64,000 nt of DNA from an uncultured Gemmatimonadales bacterium (GCA_963842945.1 CAWJIM010000023.1:384001-448000); one strand, 5' to 3'. Shown: positions 28,707 through 40,588, counted from the stretch's first letter. The notes: generated by a model not told the origin, from the letters alone. Program-made: numbers and translations.

Positions 28707-30230
28707 ATGCGACGCGACCTCTCTAGACTCCTCGAGCGAACGTTCGACCTTCTGGTCGTGGGGGCAGGCATTCAGGGTGCCTGCATCGCCTGGGACGCGT
28801 GTCTGCGAGGGTTGACCGTAGCCCTCGTGGACCGGGGGGACTTTGGGGCAGCCACATCCGCCAATAGCCTCGGGATCGTCCACGGCGGGCTCAGGTATCT
28901 CGCTCGCGGAGATCTGCCTCGAATGCTGGACTCGATCCGTGAGCGCTCAGCCCTCCTGCGAATCGCTCCCGGTCTGGTGGAGCCACTGCCGGTGCTCCTG
29001 CCCACCTATCAGGGCGGGCAGGGCCGTGCCGCCTACCGCACCGCCCTTCTGATCAACGATTTGATCTCCCGTACCCGGAACCGCGGGCTCCCTCCCGAGT
29101 ACGCAATTCCTGATGGCCGGGTGATCGCCAAAAGCGAGTGCCTGAGGCTCTTTCCCTGGTTTCCGGCCGACGGACTCACCGGTGGAGCCCTCTGGTACGA
29201 TGGCCGGCTCCGCCACCCTGAGCGACTTACCCTCAGCTTTGTGCGCTCTGCCGCAGAGCGGGGGGTGGTTCCGATCAATTATCTCAGGGTAGATCGGATC
29301 CTGGTCCAGGACGGGCAGGCCGCGGGGGCCCGGGTCACCGATCTTGCCCAGGGAACCCAATGCGAGGTGAAGGCCCGTTCGGTCGTGGTGGCGGCCGGAC
29401 CCTGGACGGAGAGCCTGATCTCAGGCACTCTGGGGAGGGAGGCAGGAGCCGTCACTGCGGGCCACGCCCTAGCGGTCAATATTCGGATCGATCGGGTGCT
29501 GACCAGCGTGGCCATCGGGGTAAGATCCCGAACCGGGGCGGATCTGGATCCGGTTGGGGGCGGCGGCCGTTACCTGTTTGCCGCGCCGCAGTCAGGGGGG
29601 ACCTTGCTGGGAACCTGGTACGCGCCGGCCGGGAAGGGCCACGCAAGCCCCGACCATGGTCGCATGACTCTGCTGCAAGAGTTCAACCAGGCTTGCCCCG
29701 GCCTCGAGCTCTCCGCCGCGGAAGTGACGGGCTGCCAGTGGGGCTGGCTCCCGCTCAAGGGAAGTACCGAGAGAGGAAGGAGCATGGCTCTGGCAGATCG
29801 GCCGCGGATAGTAAATCACGGTGGACCCGGCGGCATCGGACACCTCTTTTCGGTGGAGCCGGTCAAGTACACCACTGCCCGGAGTGTGGCCGAGCGGGTG
29901 GTGGATTGGGTGTTCCGCGATATGGGCAGGACAGCGCCGGCCTGCAGGACGGCCGAGGTGCCTTTGCTGCCGGCCGGCACGGAGAGAGTCTTGACGGCCA
30001 GCGACGTCCGGAGGGCAGTCCGTGAGGAGATGGCGGTCAAGCTCGGCGATATCGTCTTCCGACGCAGTGATCTGGGGAAATCTCCCCGACTCGACCAGGG
30101 AACAGTTACTGAGATTGCCCGGCTGGCCGGCGCGGAACTGGGGTGGGACACCCTGCGACAGGGTGCGGAGGTGGAAGAGGTGTTGAACTCAACGCAGCAT
30201 CCTGTGGTCGTCGAGGAGCCGGTCGGGTGA
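28707..30230 (+). CDS. FAD-dependent glycerol-3-phosphate dehydrogenase/oxidase-like protein
   Basis: GAGIQG, TSANSLGIVHGGLRYL, AAGPW, KYTTAR, AVREEMA. Confidence 0.88.
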   Translation: MRRDLSRLLERTFDLLVVGAGIQGACIAWDACLRGLTVALVDRGDFGAATSANSLGIVHGGLRYLARGDLPRMLDSIRERSALLRIAPGLVEPLPVLLPTYQGGQGRAAYRTALLINDLISRTRNRGLPPEYAIPDGRVIAKSECLRLFPWFPADGLTGGALWYDGRLRHPERLTLSFVRSAAERGVVPINYLRVDRILVQDGQAAGARVTDLAQGTQCEVKARSVVVAAGPWTESLISGTLGREAGAVTAGHALAVNIRIDRVLTSVAIGVRSRTGADLDPVGGGGRYLFAAPQSGGTLLGTWYAPAGKGHASPDHGRMTLLQEFNQACPGLELSAAEVTGCQWGWLPLKGSTERGRSMALADRPRIVNHGGPGGIGHLFSVEPVKYTTARSVAERVVDWVFRDMGRTAPACRTAEVPLLPAGTERVLTASDVRRAVREEMAVKLGDIVFRRSDLGKSPRLDQGTVTEIARLAGAELGWDTLRQGAEVEEVLNSTQHPVVVEEPVG

Positions 30231-31413
30231 AGATCCTGGTCCTCGCCCCGCATCCGTTCTTCCAGGCGCGTGGTACTCCGCTTGCGGTCCGGCGAGTGCT
30301 CGAATTCCTGAGCTCCGGGGACACCAGATCGATCTCCTGACCTTCCACGAAGGCGAGGACGTCGAGATCCCCAACTGCCGGATCCACCGGATTGCCCAGC
30401 CGCTCGGAATCCGGAATATCCGGCCGGGATTTTCGGTGAAGAAAGTTGTTTGCGACCTGTTCATGTTCGTGAAGTGCCTGAAGATGGTCCGGCGGAACAG
30501 CTACGACTTGATCCATGCCGTGGAGGAGGCAGCCTTCATTGCGGCGGCGATGCAGCGCATGGCCGGCATTCCGTACGTCTACGATATGGACTCTTCACTG
30601 GCAGAGCAGCTGGTAGACGCGTATCCGGGGTTGCAATTCGCGTTCGCCACTCTGCGGCGGTGCGAAGCGGTTGCGGTAAGACACAGCCTGGGCGTCCTCA
30701 CCGTTTGCGCGGCACTGGAGGATGTGGCCCACGGGCACGCACCGGACAAACCCATCGGACGGGTCGAGGACACGACTCTGCTGATTCCCGACAGTCAGTC
30801 CGGGAACGGACGCTCGGAAGGCCTCCTTCCCGCCGGGGTTGACGGCCAGAGTCCCATCGCGATGTACGTGGGAAACCTGGAGCATTATCAGGGCATCGGC
30901 CTCCTGCTGGAAGGCTTCCGTCACGCGTTGCTTCGTGTGCCCAACGCCCACCTGGTGATCGTTGGAGGCTTGCAGGATGACATTGCGCACTACAGCCGAC
31001 GCGCGGCCCAGCTGGGTATCTCCAGTCGGGTGCATTTCCTGGGGCAGCGGCCGATCAGCGAACTGGACGACCTGTTCCGGCGGGCCGACGTGCTGGTGTC
31101 TCCCCGGCTCAAAGGCCTCAACACTCCGATGAAGATCTACTCCTACCTCGATTCCGGCACCGCGGTACTCGCGACCCGGTTGCGAACCCACACCCAGATC
31201 CTGGACGATCGGACAGCATACCTGGTCGAGCCCGATCCTGAAGCCCTGGGAGACGGACTGGCAGAGCTTCTCACCGACCCCGTGCTGCGTGAACGTCTGG
31301 CCATTCAGGCCAAGGCCTATGTGCAACAGGAGTTCACCCCCGAAGCTGCGCGCCGCAAGCTGGGCTCGTTCTATACCATGATGGAATCCAAGGCCAGTGG
31401 GGCCAGCGCGTGA
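30227..31413 (+). CDS. GT4 glycosyltransferase; frameshift near 30316
   Basis: MKILVLAPHPFFQARGTP, YVGNLEHYQG, TPMKIYSYL. Confidence 0.87.
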
Positions 31414-32648
31414 GGAAGCTCTGGTATAGCCCCACTCTTCGAAGCGCGGTGATTTATGGAGCTTCGGGATTGGGATTTGCCGGCGCGAATCTCATCCTGG
31501 CCCGGGTGCTGCCGACCGCAGAGTATGGCCTTTTTACCCTGGTTATCGCGCTGATCAACCTGAGCTTTGCCTTGGCACCGGCAGGGGTCGATGGGATGGT
31601 GAACCGACGCCGGCTCGATACCGGCCCCAGCCTCCTTCGGCGCACCTTGCAGGCTGGGCTTATTGTCGGCGTTGGTTTTGTGATCATCGCCGAAGTTGGC
31701 TACCACATGAGTCTTCCGCTGGTACTCGTGGTCTTCGTCTCCACCATCGCCGGCGGGGCCATGCTGGTTGCCGGTGCCCAGTTCCAGAGCGAACAGCGGT
31801 ACGGGATCTCTCTGACCTTGAGTCAGAGTCCCAATCTGTTCCTGATCCTCGCGGCACTGGTCGTGGTGGTCACCGGGGTCCGGGCGATCTGGATTCCACT
31901 CGCCATCTGCACCCTCGGGTTCCTCATCGCCGCCATCTTCGGTTGGTGGATGCTCTTTCGCGAACGGACCAGCAAGCCCGCCGGGGAAAGTTCCTTCCCC
32001 TGGACTGAGGCCCTGTCGTTTGCTGGGCTCAATGCTGCTGGATTGATCCTGCTCCAACTCGACCGGCTGGTTATTCCGCATGTCCTCCCCATTCACGACC
32101 TCGCCACGTTTGGCGTGCTGGCGGCGATCGCCGGATCCTTATTTCGGGTCCTCTCGATGGGCGTGGGATATACCCTCGTCCCCCGCCTTCGAGCCGCTGG
32201 CAGCGTGCTCGAACGGCGCCGGCTGGTCGCTCATGAGGCCACGTTGGTGAGTGCGATCGTGCTGGGCGGCTCGCTGGCTATCTGGGTCCTGAGTCCGTTG
32301 ATCGAGCGGTCCTTTCTGGAGGGCAAGTACCACCTCAGCGGGTCGCTCTTGCTCGCGGCCATTGTCAGCGGCGTAGCGAAGATCATGAATTCCTTCACCA
32401 AGTCGATTGTCACCGCACTGTCGACCCCGGCGGAATTATCCAGCGTCAATCTGCTGGGCTGGGTCTCGGTGACACTGGCTGTAGTTGCGTCTATCCTCGG
32501 TGCCCGTTGGGGACTGGCGGGAGTGATGTACGGTGTAGCGTTCGGTTGGTTTACCCGGGCGCTCACCGCATTCTATCTCACGCTTCGCTATCTCAAACTG
32601 CCGAGGGCGGTTCCGGTGACAGCCCCCGGACTGTCCCCACCCAGTTAG
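31410..32648 (+). CDS. Polysaccharide flippase-like (MATE/Wzx-type) membrane protein
   Basis: Many hydrophobic segments, LARVLPTAEYG, LLQLDRLV. Confidence 0.78.
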   Translation: MRKLWYSPTLRSAVIYGASGLGFAGANLILARVLPTAEYGLFTLVIALINLSFALAPAGVDGMVNRRRLDTGPSLLRRTLQAGLIVGVGFVIIAEVGYHMSLPLVLVVFVSTIAGGAMLVAGAQFQSEQRYGISLTLSQSPNLFLILAALVVVVTGVRAIWIPLAICTLGFLIAAIFGWWMLFRERTSKPAGESSFPWTEALSFAGLNAAGLILLQLDRLVIPHVLPIHDLATFGVLAAIAGSLFRVLSMGVGYTLVPRLRAAGSVLERRRLVAHEATLVSAIVLGGSLAIWVLSPLIERSFLEGKYHLSGSLLLAAIVSGVAKIMNSFTKSIVTALSTPAELSSVNLLGWVSVTLAVVASILGARWGLAGVMYGVAFGWFTRALTAFYLTLRYLKLPRAVPVTAPGLSPPS

Positions 32649-32662
32649 TCAGATTGTTGCAC

Positions 32663-33514
32663 ATGAGTGTCTCCGAACCCCTCAGATCACCACAGACAGC
32701 GGAGTCTCCGGCAAAGGATTGGGCGCTAGCGCTGTTCAGTCGGTCCGTGCTGAAGCAGGCCAAATGGGATAGAATCCTCGAGTTCTTGCAGGACCCCGCG
32801 GGAAAGACCAACCTGGACGTCGGCGCGGACAACGGGGTAATCAGCTTCTTGTTGCGGCAGCGAGGCGGCCGCTGGTACAGTGCGGATCTCGATGCTGCCG
32901 CGGTTGCCTCCATTCGACAGCTCGTCGCCAGCAACGTTCATCAACTCGATGGCGGCACCACTCCGTTCGCCGGCGACACTTTCGATCAGATCGTGATCGT
33001 CGACTTTCTCGAACACATCCCCCATGATCGCGAATTCGTCCGTGAACTGGCCCGAATCCTGAAACCGGGCGGGCGACTCATACTCAATGTGCCGCACCTC
33101 AAGCCCCACTCGCTACTGAATCGCTTTCGCCATTCGATCGGGCTCACCGATGAGTGGCATGGTCACCTTCGGCCGGGTTACAGCCTCCCGGGTTTGAGCC
33201 AGCTGCTGCAGCCATACTTCGAAGTTGAGCGGGCCAGGACATACTCCCGGACTTTCTCCGAGCTGGTGGATACCATTCTCAATGGGGTCTACCAGGGCCT
33301 GAAGCGGAGGAAGAGCCATGGTACCGCGTCTACCAAGGGGAACATCGTGGGCCAGACCGAGCTAAACCAGCATCGCAAGCAGTTCCTGTTGCTGCAGATG
33401 CTGTATCCGCTGTTCTGGCTTACGGCGCGGATGGACGCTCTGTTGCCGCTTCAGTCTGGCTATAAGCTCATCGTGCAGGCGCGTCGCCCGGTGGAGGGGC
33501 GCGAATCGGGATGA
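32663..33514 (+). CDS. Class I SAM-dependent methyltransferase
   Basis: LDVGADNG, FDQIV, LEHI, RILKPGG. Confidence 0.88.
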   Translation: MSVSEPLRSPQTAESPAKDWALALFSRSVLKQAKWDRILEFLQDPAGKTNLDVGADNGVISFLLRQRGGRWYSADLDAAAVASIRQLVASNVHQLDGGTTPFAGDTFDQIVIVDFLEHIPHDREFVRELARILKPGGRLILNVPHLKPHSLLNRFRHSIGLTDEWHGHLRPGYSLPGLSQLLQPYFEVERARTYSRTFSELVDTILNGVYQGLKRRKSHGTASTKGNIVGQTELNQHRKQFLLLQMLYPLFWLTARMDALLPLQSGYKLIVQARRPVEGRESG

Positions 33515-34784
33515 GGATTGTCTACATCACCCAGCGCCTTCCGTTCGGCAGCGGCGAGACCTTTGTCATACCTGAGGTGGAGGCACTGCTCCAAGCCGGA
33601 CATGAGGTTCTCATCCTGCCGCGGATCCCTGGGAAACGGATCATTCACGGGGATGTGCGTGCCCTTCTGCCCCGCACCCGTCGGCTTCCCGGTGCTGCTG
33701 CCTTGGGAGCCTGTGTAGCCGCTCACGTCGCGCGCGAGCCTAGCAAGGCGCTGCAAGCCCTCTGGCGGTTGCGCCACACCCGCCCACGCTGGCGGGCGAT
33801 CCTCAACGCAAGGGCAACAGCTCAAGGGATCTGGGCCGGAAAAATCGCGAGGGCCTGGGGCGCCGACCACATCCATGCCCACTGGTCGGACCTGACGTCT
33901 ACGCTCGCGATGAGCGCCAGCGCCGTCAGTGGGATTCCGTGGAGCTTCACGGCTCATCGCTATGACATCCTTCGGAACAATCTGCTCGCCCAGAAACTGC
34001 GCTCGGCTCGGTTCGGACGGTTTATCAGCAAGGAGACTCTCGCGATGGTGCTCCCTGGTCCCGGCCGATGCGATGGCGCGGGCGATTCTGCTGCACATGG
34101 GGTGGTGCTTCCCCGCGTTCCGGAACGGCCTCTGCCGCCTCACGCAACGCCGATCGTGCTCTGTGTCGTCCGGCTTGTTCCGGTTAAGGGACACACCTAT
34201 CTGCTTGATGCCGCTGCTCGGCTGAAGCGGCAGGGGATAGTCTTCAACTGCTGGCTGGCAGGTGACGGGCCGGAACGGGGGCTCCTAACGCAGCGGATCG
34301 GTGAGCTTGGTCTGGCTGCCTCGGTGCGCCTGCTGGGAAACGTACCTCACGACGAATGCTCCGGCTGTACCGAGAGCAGAAGGTGGACTGCGTGGTGCTT
34401 CCCAGCCTCGACCTCGGAGCCGGCGAGCACGAAGGGATCAGTGTGGCTCTCATGGAAGCGATGGCACACGGCGTTCCAACCATCGCGACCAGCACGGGTG
34501 GCCTGGCTGAGCTCCTCGGCGGAGGAGCAGGGCTGCTGGTCCCCCCGCTGACGGAGAAGCCTTGGCCGGAGCCCTAGAGCGCGTCGTTCGACTCGGTTTC
34601 GTTACGTTCCGACTTGGCCCGGCTCGGCCGGCAACGCGTTGCTGAACAGTTTGAGATCGGGGCAATGACCCGGGAGCTGGTGCAGTGGTTCGAAGGAATG
34701 TGGCCGTTCGATCGCCGGCATCAACGTGGGGCCCAATTTCCCGACCGGCGCGTTCGGCCGGAGCGAAGGCTAGCACGACACTGA
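33511..34784 (+). CDS. GT4 glycosyltransferase, several frameshifts
   Basis: GETFVIPE, HIHAHW, SFTAH, RLVPVKG, EGISVALMEAMAHG in successive frames. Confidence 0.8.
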
Positions 34785-34857
34785 AAGCCATGGATCTACC
34801 AAGTCATGAGCGAGCTCGCCGGGCGCGATCCTGCTGGCTAGCTGATCTGGGATAAAC

Positions 34858-35853
34858 GTGGATTCCCGACCGGGAGTGCTGATAACCGGCGCCACCGGCT
34901 TCACCGGAATGTCTCTGGCCTTGGCCCTGGCCGCCGGCGGATACCCCGTCCGGGCTCTGGTTCGGGATCGGACCCGAGCGGAGCCTCTCGAGAAGGCTGG
35001 CGTTACTCTCTTGGAAGGAGATCTGCTGGAACCCGATTCGGTTCGTGCTGCGGTCACTGGAGTCGACACCGTTTATCACCTAGCCGCGGTCTTCCGGACC
35101 GCCGGACACAAGGGTTCCGAATACACCGCCGTGCATGTGGATGGTACTCGGCTCCTGGTTGCAGCCAGTGCTGCCGCCGGCGTGCGTCGGTTCGTGCATT
35201 GCAGTACGGTAGGTGTTCATGGCAGTGTGGACCGCGATGCACCCGCCACCGAAGAGGCCCCGTTCCGACCGGGCGATGTTTATCAGCAGACGAAGCTTGA
35301 AGGGGAGCAGACGGCGGTGGAGGTCGCCCACCGGTTGGGCCTGTCACTTACGGTGGTTCGACCGGGCCCGATCTACGGACCCGGCGACCGGCGATTTCTC
35401 AAGATGATCGGCGGAATTGCTCGGCACCGGTTCGTCCTGCTGGGAGATGGAACTCCCCGGTTCCAAATGGTGTACATTGACGATCTGATCGAGGGGTTGC
35501 GCCTGGCCGCGGAGGTACCGTCCGCCGCCGGCCGCACGTACATCATCACCGGCGACGAGGCTCCTACGCTGCAGGAGCTGGTGGATCGGATCGCTGCGAT
35601 TGCCGGCGTCCGCCCACCGCCGTTTCGACTCCCAGTTTGGCCTTTTTCCCTGGCGGGTGCGCTGTGCGAGGCCGTCTGCGTGCCGCTTCGCATCGAGCCT
35701 CCGATCTACCGGCGGCGCGTGAAGTTCTTCACCAGCAATCGGTGGTTTGATACGTCGCGGGCCAAGCGGGAGCTCGGGTTCGTTTGCCGTGTTCCCCTTG
35801 AAGCGGGGATCAAGCGCACCCTGGACGCCTACCGCCAGCTGCACTGGATCTGA
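34858..35853 (+). CDS. NAD-dependent epimerase/dehydratase
   Basis: TGATGFTG, YQQTK, RPGPIYG. Confidence 0.92.
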   Translation: MDSRPGVLITGATGFTGMSLALALAAGGYPVRALVRDRTRAEPLEKAGVTLLEGDLLEPDSVRAAVTGVDTVYHLAAVFRTAGHKGSEYTAVHVDGTRLLVAASAAAGVRRFVHCSTVGVHGSVDRDAPATEEAPFRPGDVYQQTKLEGEQTAVEVAHRLGLSLTVVRPGPIYGPGDRRFLKMIGGIARHRFVLLGDGTPRFQMVYIDDLIEGLRLAAEVPSAAGRTYIITGDEAPTLQELVDRIAAIAGVRPPPFRLPVWPFSLAGALCEAVCVPLRIEPPIYRRRVKFFTSNRWFDTSRAKRELGFVCRVPLEAGIKRTLDAYRQLHWI

Positions 35854-35916
35854 TTAGCCCGCAGCGTATACCGAGGAACCCCTCTGCCCCTCTTAAACGG
35901 GGGTATGCGTACGGTC

Positions 35917-37158
35917 CTAAGAGATGGACCTGCTGGCCAGCTCCAGCTCTGAAAGCAGCTGTCGCGCACTCTCGGACCACGAGAACTGTTGAGCCCGCCT
36001 GAGCCCCCGATCACGAAGATCGGCGGAGAGCCCTGGTTCGCGCAGGAGCCGAGTCATTGCGCGCGTCATCCCCGCTACATCGTCGGGATCCACCGCCAGC
36101 GCTGCGTCGCCGACTACCTCCGGGCAGGCAGGAGCATTCGAGGTTATTACCGGACAGCCGCAGGCCATGGCTTCAACCAGGGGGATGCCGAAGCTTTCGT
36201 AGTACGACGGAAAGAGTAGCGCTCCGGCCAGGCTATACACCGCAGGCATGTCGGCGTGATCGATGAGACCGGGAATTCTGACCGCTGCCGGATCGACATA
36301 GGTCCGGAGCACATCCGGAGTCAGCCGGTTGGACACTCCCGCGCCGAGAATTACCATGGAGGGGCAGTCAGGAACCGACTCCCGAACACTGGCGTACGCT
36401 CGCAGTGCTCCCTCCACGTTCTTCCGGGGACAGAGCGCCTGCCCAGCGTACTCGATCCGGGCATACCCCTTCACCACCATCAGAAAGAACGGCTCATCGG
36501 GAAGCTGGTACTTCCCGCGCACCCGCTCCAGCACTTCGGAATCGGTAATGCGCACGAAGCGCTCGTCTGCCGCAGCGTACACGGTGCTCATCTTCTGGCG
36601 AGGCACCTTGGCGACGGTCTCCAGCTCCTCCGCCAGGCTGTTGGAGTTGGTCAGGACCCGTGATGCCCGGCGACAGAACAGCGGGATGGTCGCCATGTTG
36701 TACCAGCGGTTGAGTCGATCGCCCGGCTGAGTGTAGTACTCGGGAAAGCTCCAGTATTCCGTTCCACGCTGCTGGACCACGGTGGGGCACGGGGCTACTA
36801 GTGGAATACTGAACTTGTGGTGGAATAGGACGTCCAGATTCTCTCGGCGGGCAGCCCAGGGTACATAGACCTGGTCCCAGAGGAGCTTTCCTGGCGCCGT
36901 GACGACCCGCTCCTCCACGTTGGGAAAGCGGGCATAGCGTCCCCGCTGGCGCTGGCTCATATAGAAGAGCACGTAGCGATTGTGCCGATCGATCTCAAAA
37001 AGCGCGTCGCAGAGCTGCCGGATGTACACTCCGGCGCCGTCGTACTCGTCGATGCCTCGAAGCATAAGCCCGATCCGCAGTGGACGATGGCCGTCTGGAG
37101 CGGAGCTCACCTGCCGCTTTCGGGCGGGGGTGAGAGGGGCTTCAACTCGAGCCGACAT
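35917..37158 (-). CDS. GT4 glycosyltransferase
   Basis: PRKNVE, FPSYYESFGIPLVEAMACG. Confidence 0.92.
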   Translation of the reverse strand: MSARVEAPLTPARKRQVSSAPDGHRPLRIGLMLRGIDEYDGAGVYIRQLCDALFEIDRHNRYVLFYMSQRQRGRYARFPNVEERVVTAPGKLLWDQVYVPWAARRENLDVLFHHKFSIPLVAPCPTVVQQRGTEYWSFPEYYTQPGDRLNRWYNMATIPLFCRRASRVLTNSNSLAEELETVAKVPRQKMSTVYAAADERFVRITDSEVLERVRGKYQLPDEPFFLMVVKGYARIEYAGQALCPRKNVEGALRAYASVRESVPDCPSMVILGAGVSNRLTPDVLRTYVDPAAVRIPGLIDHADMPAVYSLAGALLFPSYYESFGIPLVEAMACGCPVITSNAPACPEVVGDAALAVDPDDVAGMTRAMTRLLREPGLSADLRDRGLRRAQQFSWSESARQLLSELELASRSIS

Positions 37159-37250
37159 AGCCGAACGCTTTCCAAGTAAGGTTAAATCCACTCATTGCTG
37201 TTTCCGCTCCCACCCACTCCAAAAGCTAATCTATCAGGCGAGTCATTCGC

Positions 37251-38728
37251 GTGATCTGGGCCGCTGTGCTGTTCATTCTTGCAGGCTGCCTGGGCTGTAG
37301 CCCCAAATAGCCCGAAGAACGGTTTCCCGAGGCGGCTGAGGCACTGCTGCAAGGCTTTCACGGTCAAGCTGCCCCAACATCTGGAGCCTACGACAGCCTA
37401 TTTCGGTACTTCCTGCTCGGCTGGGAAACATACCGGAGCCTGAGGGGGCCGGTGCCCTCTATCCGGGACTCCCGAGCAAGCACGGAGCTGGAGCCGATCG
37501 CCTGGAAGCGTTCTCGCGGTTGACCCCTATGGTGGCTGCCTGGATCTCCTCCGGCAGGCCCAGATCAATCGAGCTTTATCTCGGGCAAGAGCTGGATCTC
37601 GCCGTCTGGATCAGAAGGGGCGTGGTCGCTGGAACCGATCCCCGCTCTCCGGCTTACTGGGGAACGATACAGCACCGTGATCAACGCATCGTGGAGGCAT
37701 CCGACATCGCTTTGGTGCTCTGGCTCACACGGCACAGCGTGTGGCAGAGGTTGACGGTTTCACAACGTTCTCAGATTGGCCGATGGTTGCTTCAGGTGAA
37801 CGGAAAGCAAGTCAGCGACAACAACTGGCATCTGTTCATCGCCTTTACCAACGTGGTCCTTCGGGCACTGGATCAGCCGGCCGACTTGGAGAATGCCCGG
37901 CAGCACTATCTGCGACTCAAGAGCTTCTACCAGGGCGACGGGTGGTTCAGTGATGGGCCGCGCCGGACTTTCGACTACTACAACGCTTGGGGGATCCATT
38001 ACCAGCTTTATTGGCTGGACCAGGTGGATCCAGAATGGGACCGTGAATTTATCCGTGACGCGTTGGGGCTGTTTGTGGGAAACTACCGCTATTTCTTCGG
38101 CTCACGCGGCTTTCCTATTAGAGGCCGGAGTATATGCTATCGGATGGCAGTTCCTGCTCCGCTGGTGATCGGACAGTCGGTGCACCCGAACATCGTGCTT
38201 CCCGACGAGGCCCGTCGTGCACTGGACGAGATTTGGCGGTACTTCATCAATCGGGCCGCGGTCACCCACGGCACCGTAACGCAGGGTTACTGCGGTCCAG
38301 ATGCCCGACTCCTCGACAATTATTCCGGACCGGCGAGTTGTCTCTGGTCGCTGCGGTCGCTGGTGGTGGCATTCTCCTTTGGACCTGATGACCAGCTCTG
38401 GACTACCAGGCCGGGACGGTTTCCCGTCGATACCGCAGACGTCGACCTTACAATCCCCGCCATCGGCTGGAGAATCGTGGGCCGGAGAGGCTCAGGGTTT
38501 GTGACGCTCATCAATGCCGACACAGTGGCGTCATGGGCCAGCGGCACCCTCGAGGCTCCCGGATGGTTCCGGCTGGCGCTGGAGCGAATCTTTCAGCGAC
38601 CGTTTCGACCCAGTAACACCGAGGCCAAGTACCATCGAGCAGTCTACCGCGGAGACCAGCCATTCTGCGAATGCCGCCAGCCCGCTTCCTCGGGTAGATC
38701 CGGTTCTCCTCCTGAGCTAGCTCACTGA
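37251..38728 (+). CDS. DUF2264-like protein; 5' part frameshifted, start uncertain
   Basis: DRLEAFSR, DQRIVE, NNWHLF, GDGWFSDG, DYYN, GRSICYR, DNYSGPAS. Confidence 0.75.
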
Positions 38729-38800
38729 TGGTGGTCCTGGAGCGGCGGGTTGTTTCCCAGCCTACCGTCTGATCACACCGCCACTAGGTCGGAAATCGCA

Positions 38801-40588
38801 ATGGCAGCTGTTTTCGGGATTCTGGGGGATGCCAGTCCCGCTGAGCTCGAGCAAATGAGCGAACGTCTGGCTCATCGCGGTTCTCACGCCGTCCGGTGGT
38901 CGCCGGCACCTTCGGTTCACCTGGGGATGCGGGGCACCGTACCGGCAGTCAGGCAGGCGGAAGGTGGTGATCTGGTCTTCGACGGCGCCATCGACAACCG
39001 GCTCGAGCTGGCGACTCTACTCCGTCGACCCGAACCGAAGGGCGCTTCTTCCGATGATGACCTCGGCCTGATGCGCGATCTGCTGAGGTCCCTCGGCAAG
39101 GAAGGCCTCCAGCACGTGGCGGGGCAGTTTGCTCTGGTGATGTGGGACCGAGCCGGAGGACAGCTTCTGCTGGCGCGGGATCGAATTGGATATGCGCCGC
39201 TGTATTTCACACAGGACCGGGACCGCCTCATCTTTGCCAGCGAATACAAGGCGCTGCTGGCGATCCCATCCGTTCCGGCACGCCCCAATCGCAACGCGAT
39301 CCAGATCATTCAGTCAACCAAGTGGATGCAGCCCGGCGCCACGTGTCTCGAGGGCATTTTTCCAGTAGCCCCGGGGACGTGGATGGCCGTGGAACACAAT
39401 CGCTTGTCTACCGCCCGGTTCTGGGAATTACCGATCCAGGTTCGGCACCACGACGAGCCGGCCCATATCGCAGCGCTTCGAGCGTCCTTCCTCGAGACAC
39501 TGCGGCGGCAAACCGAGCCCTACCAGCGAATCGGGGTCTCCCTGAGCGGCGGCCTCGATTCAGCCATCATGGCCGGGGGCGTACGACATGTGGCTCCCGG
39601 CAAAGAGATTCACACCTTCAGTGCCGGATACGGACCGGATGACAGGGAGCTGATTAACTCCGCGCGAGTGGCCGGCGAGCTGGGCACTCACCACCACCCG
39701 CTGGTGCTCAGTCCTGACGACCTGCCGAACCTCCTGCCCTGGATGGTGTGGTACATGGAGGAGCCGATCGGCAGGGAGGATATTGCCTATCTCTTTGTCG
39801 CGGCACGGGAGGCGGCCCGTCATGTCGAGCTGATCCTCACCGGATTTGGCTTTGACGGGTTGTTTGCGGGGTTGCCTCGACACCGAGTGGCCGATCTCGC
39901 CTTGCACGTGCCGCCCATAGCGGGGCCCTTACGCGAGTTTTACGACTACACCGTACGAAGTGTGGAACCGAGAGGGGTCGGCGGACGCACCTTGAAGAAG
40001 CTGTACTACAGGGGGAGCGAGTATCCGGCGCCTCAAGTGTGCGGGGCTGCGCCGCTCCAACCGTTGCCCGGATTTAGAGTCGGTGGGGAAGAGCCGCTGA
40101 GCCAGTTCCTGCGGAAGGGGTTTCTGGTTCTGCCCTACCAGTCAACGGTCGAGCGATTGTACACGGCCTCCGGCGTGCGGTTCAATGCCCATCACACCGA
40201 TCCCGCCTTTCTCGCATCTGCTTTTTCCATCCCCGACCGGCTCAAGATCAAAGGCCGCACCCAGAAGTATGTGCTGCGCAGAGCGTCCGCCGGACTCGTG
40301 TCGCCCTCAATCCTAAGCGTTGGAAAGAGCTTCAACCGCCTGAAGCACGATCTTCATCTGAGCAACGTGCTGGATGGGCTGGCCGACCAGCTGCTCGCGC
40401 GCGAATCCGTTCTGGAACGAGGACTATTCGATCCCGATTATATCGCGGTTCTGCGGCGCAGGCCTGGGAGCAAGCCGTACTCTCAGGAGCGGGTGTACCG
40501 CCTCTGGTCACTGCTTCTCGCCGAGATGTGGAGCAGGATGTATCTCGACGCGCGAGGCTCCCAACCCTCCCGCGTCTTCACCAGCTAA
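38801..40588 (+). CDS. Asparagine synthetase-like amidotransferase lacking the N-terminal Cys
   Basis: LAHRG, LARDRIG, FASEYKALL, SLSGGLDS PP-loop. Confidence 0.88.
   Translation: MAAVFGILGDASPAELEQMSERLAHRGSHAVRWSPAPSVHLGMRGTVPAVRQAEGGDLVFDGAIDNRLELATLLRRPEPKGASSDDDLGLMRDLLRSLGKEGLQHVAGQFALVMWDRAGGQLLLARDRIGYAPLYFTQDRDRLIFASEYKALLAIPSVPARPNRNAIQIIQSTKWMQPGATCLEGIFPVAPGTWMAVEHNRLSTARFWELPIQVRHHDEPAHIAALRASFLETLRRQTEPYQRIGVSLSGGLDSAIMAGGVRHVAPGKEIHTFSAGYGPDDRELINSARVAGELGTHHHPLVLSPDDLPNLLPWMVWYMEEPIGREDIAYLFVAAREAARHVELILTGFGFDGLFAGLPRHRVADLALHVPPIAGPLREFYDYTVRSVEPRGVGGRTLKKLYYRGSEYPAPQVCGAAPLQPLPGFRVGGEEPLSQFLRKGFLVLPYQSTVERLYTASGVRFNAHHTDPAFLASAFSIPDRLKIKGRTQKYVLRRASAGLVSPSILSVGKSFNRLKHDLHLSNVLDGLADQLLARESVLERGLFDPDYIAVLRRRPGSKPYSQERVYRLWSLLLAEMWSRMYLDARGSQPSRVFTS

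Noticed and set aside
38801..40588. AsnB-like protein as a lasso-peptide cyclase
   Set aside because: No B-protein/RRE or precursor adjacent; it sits between glycan genes
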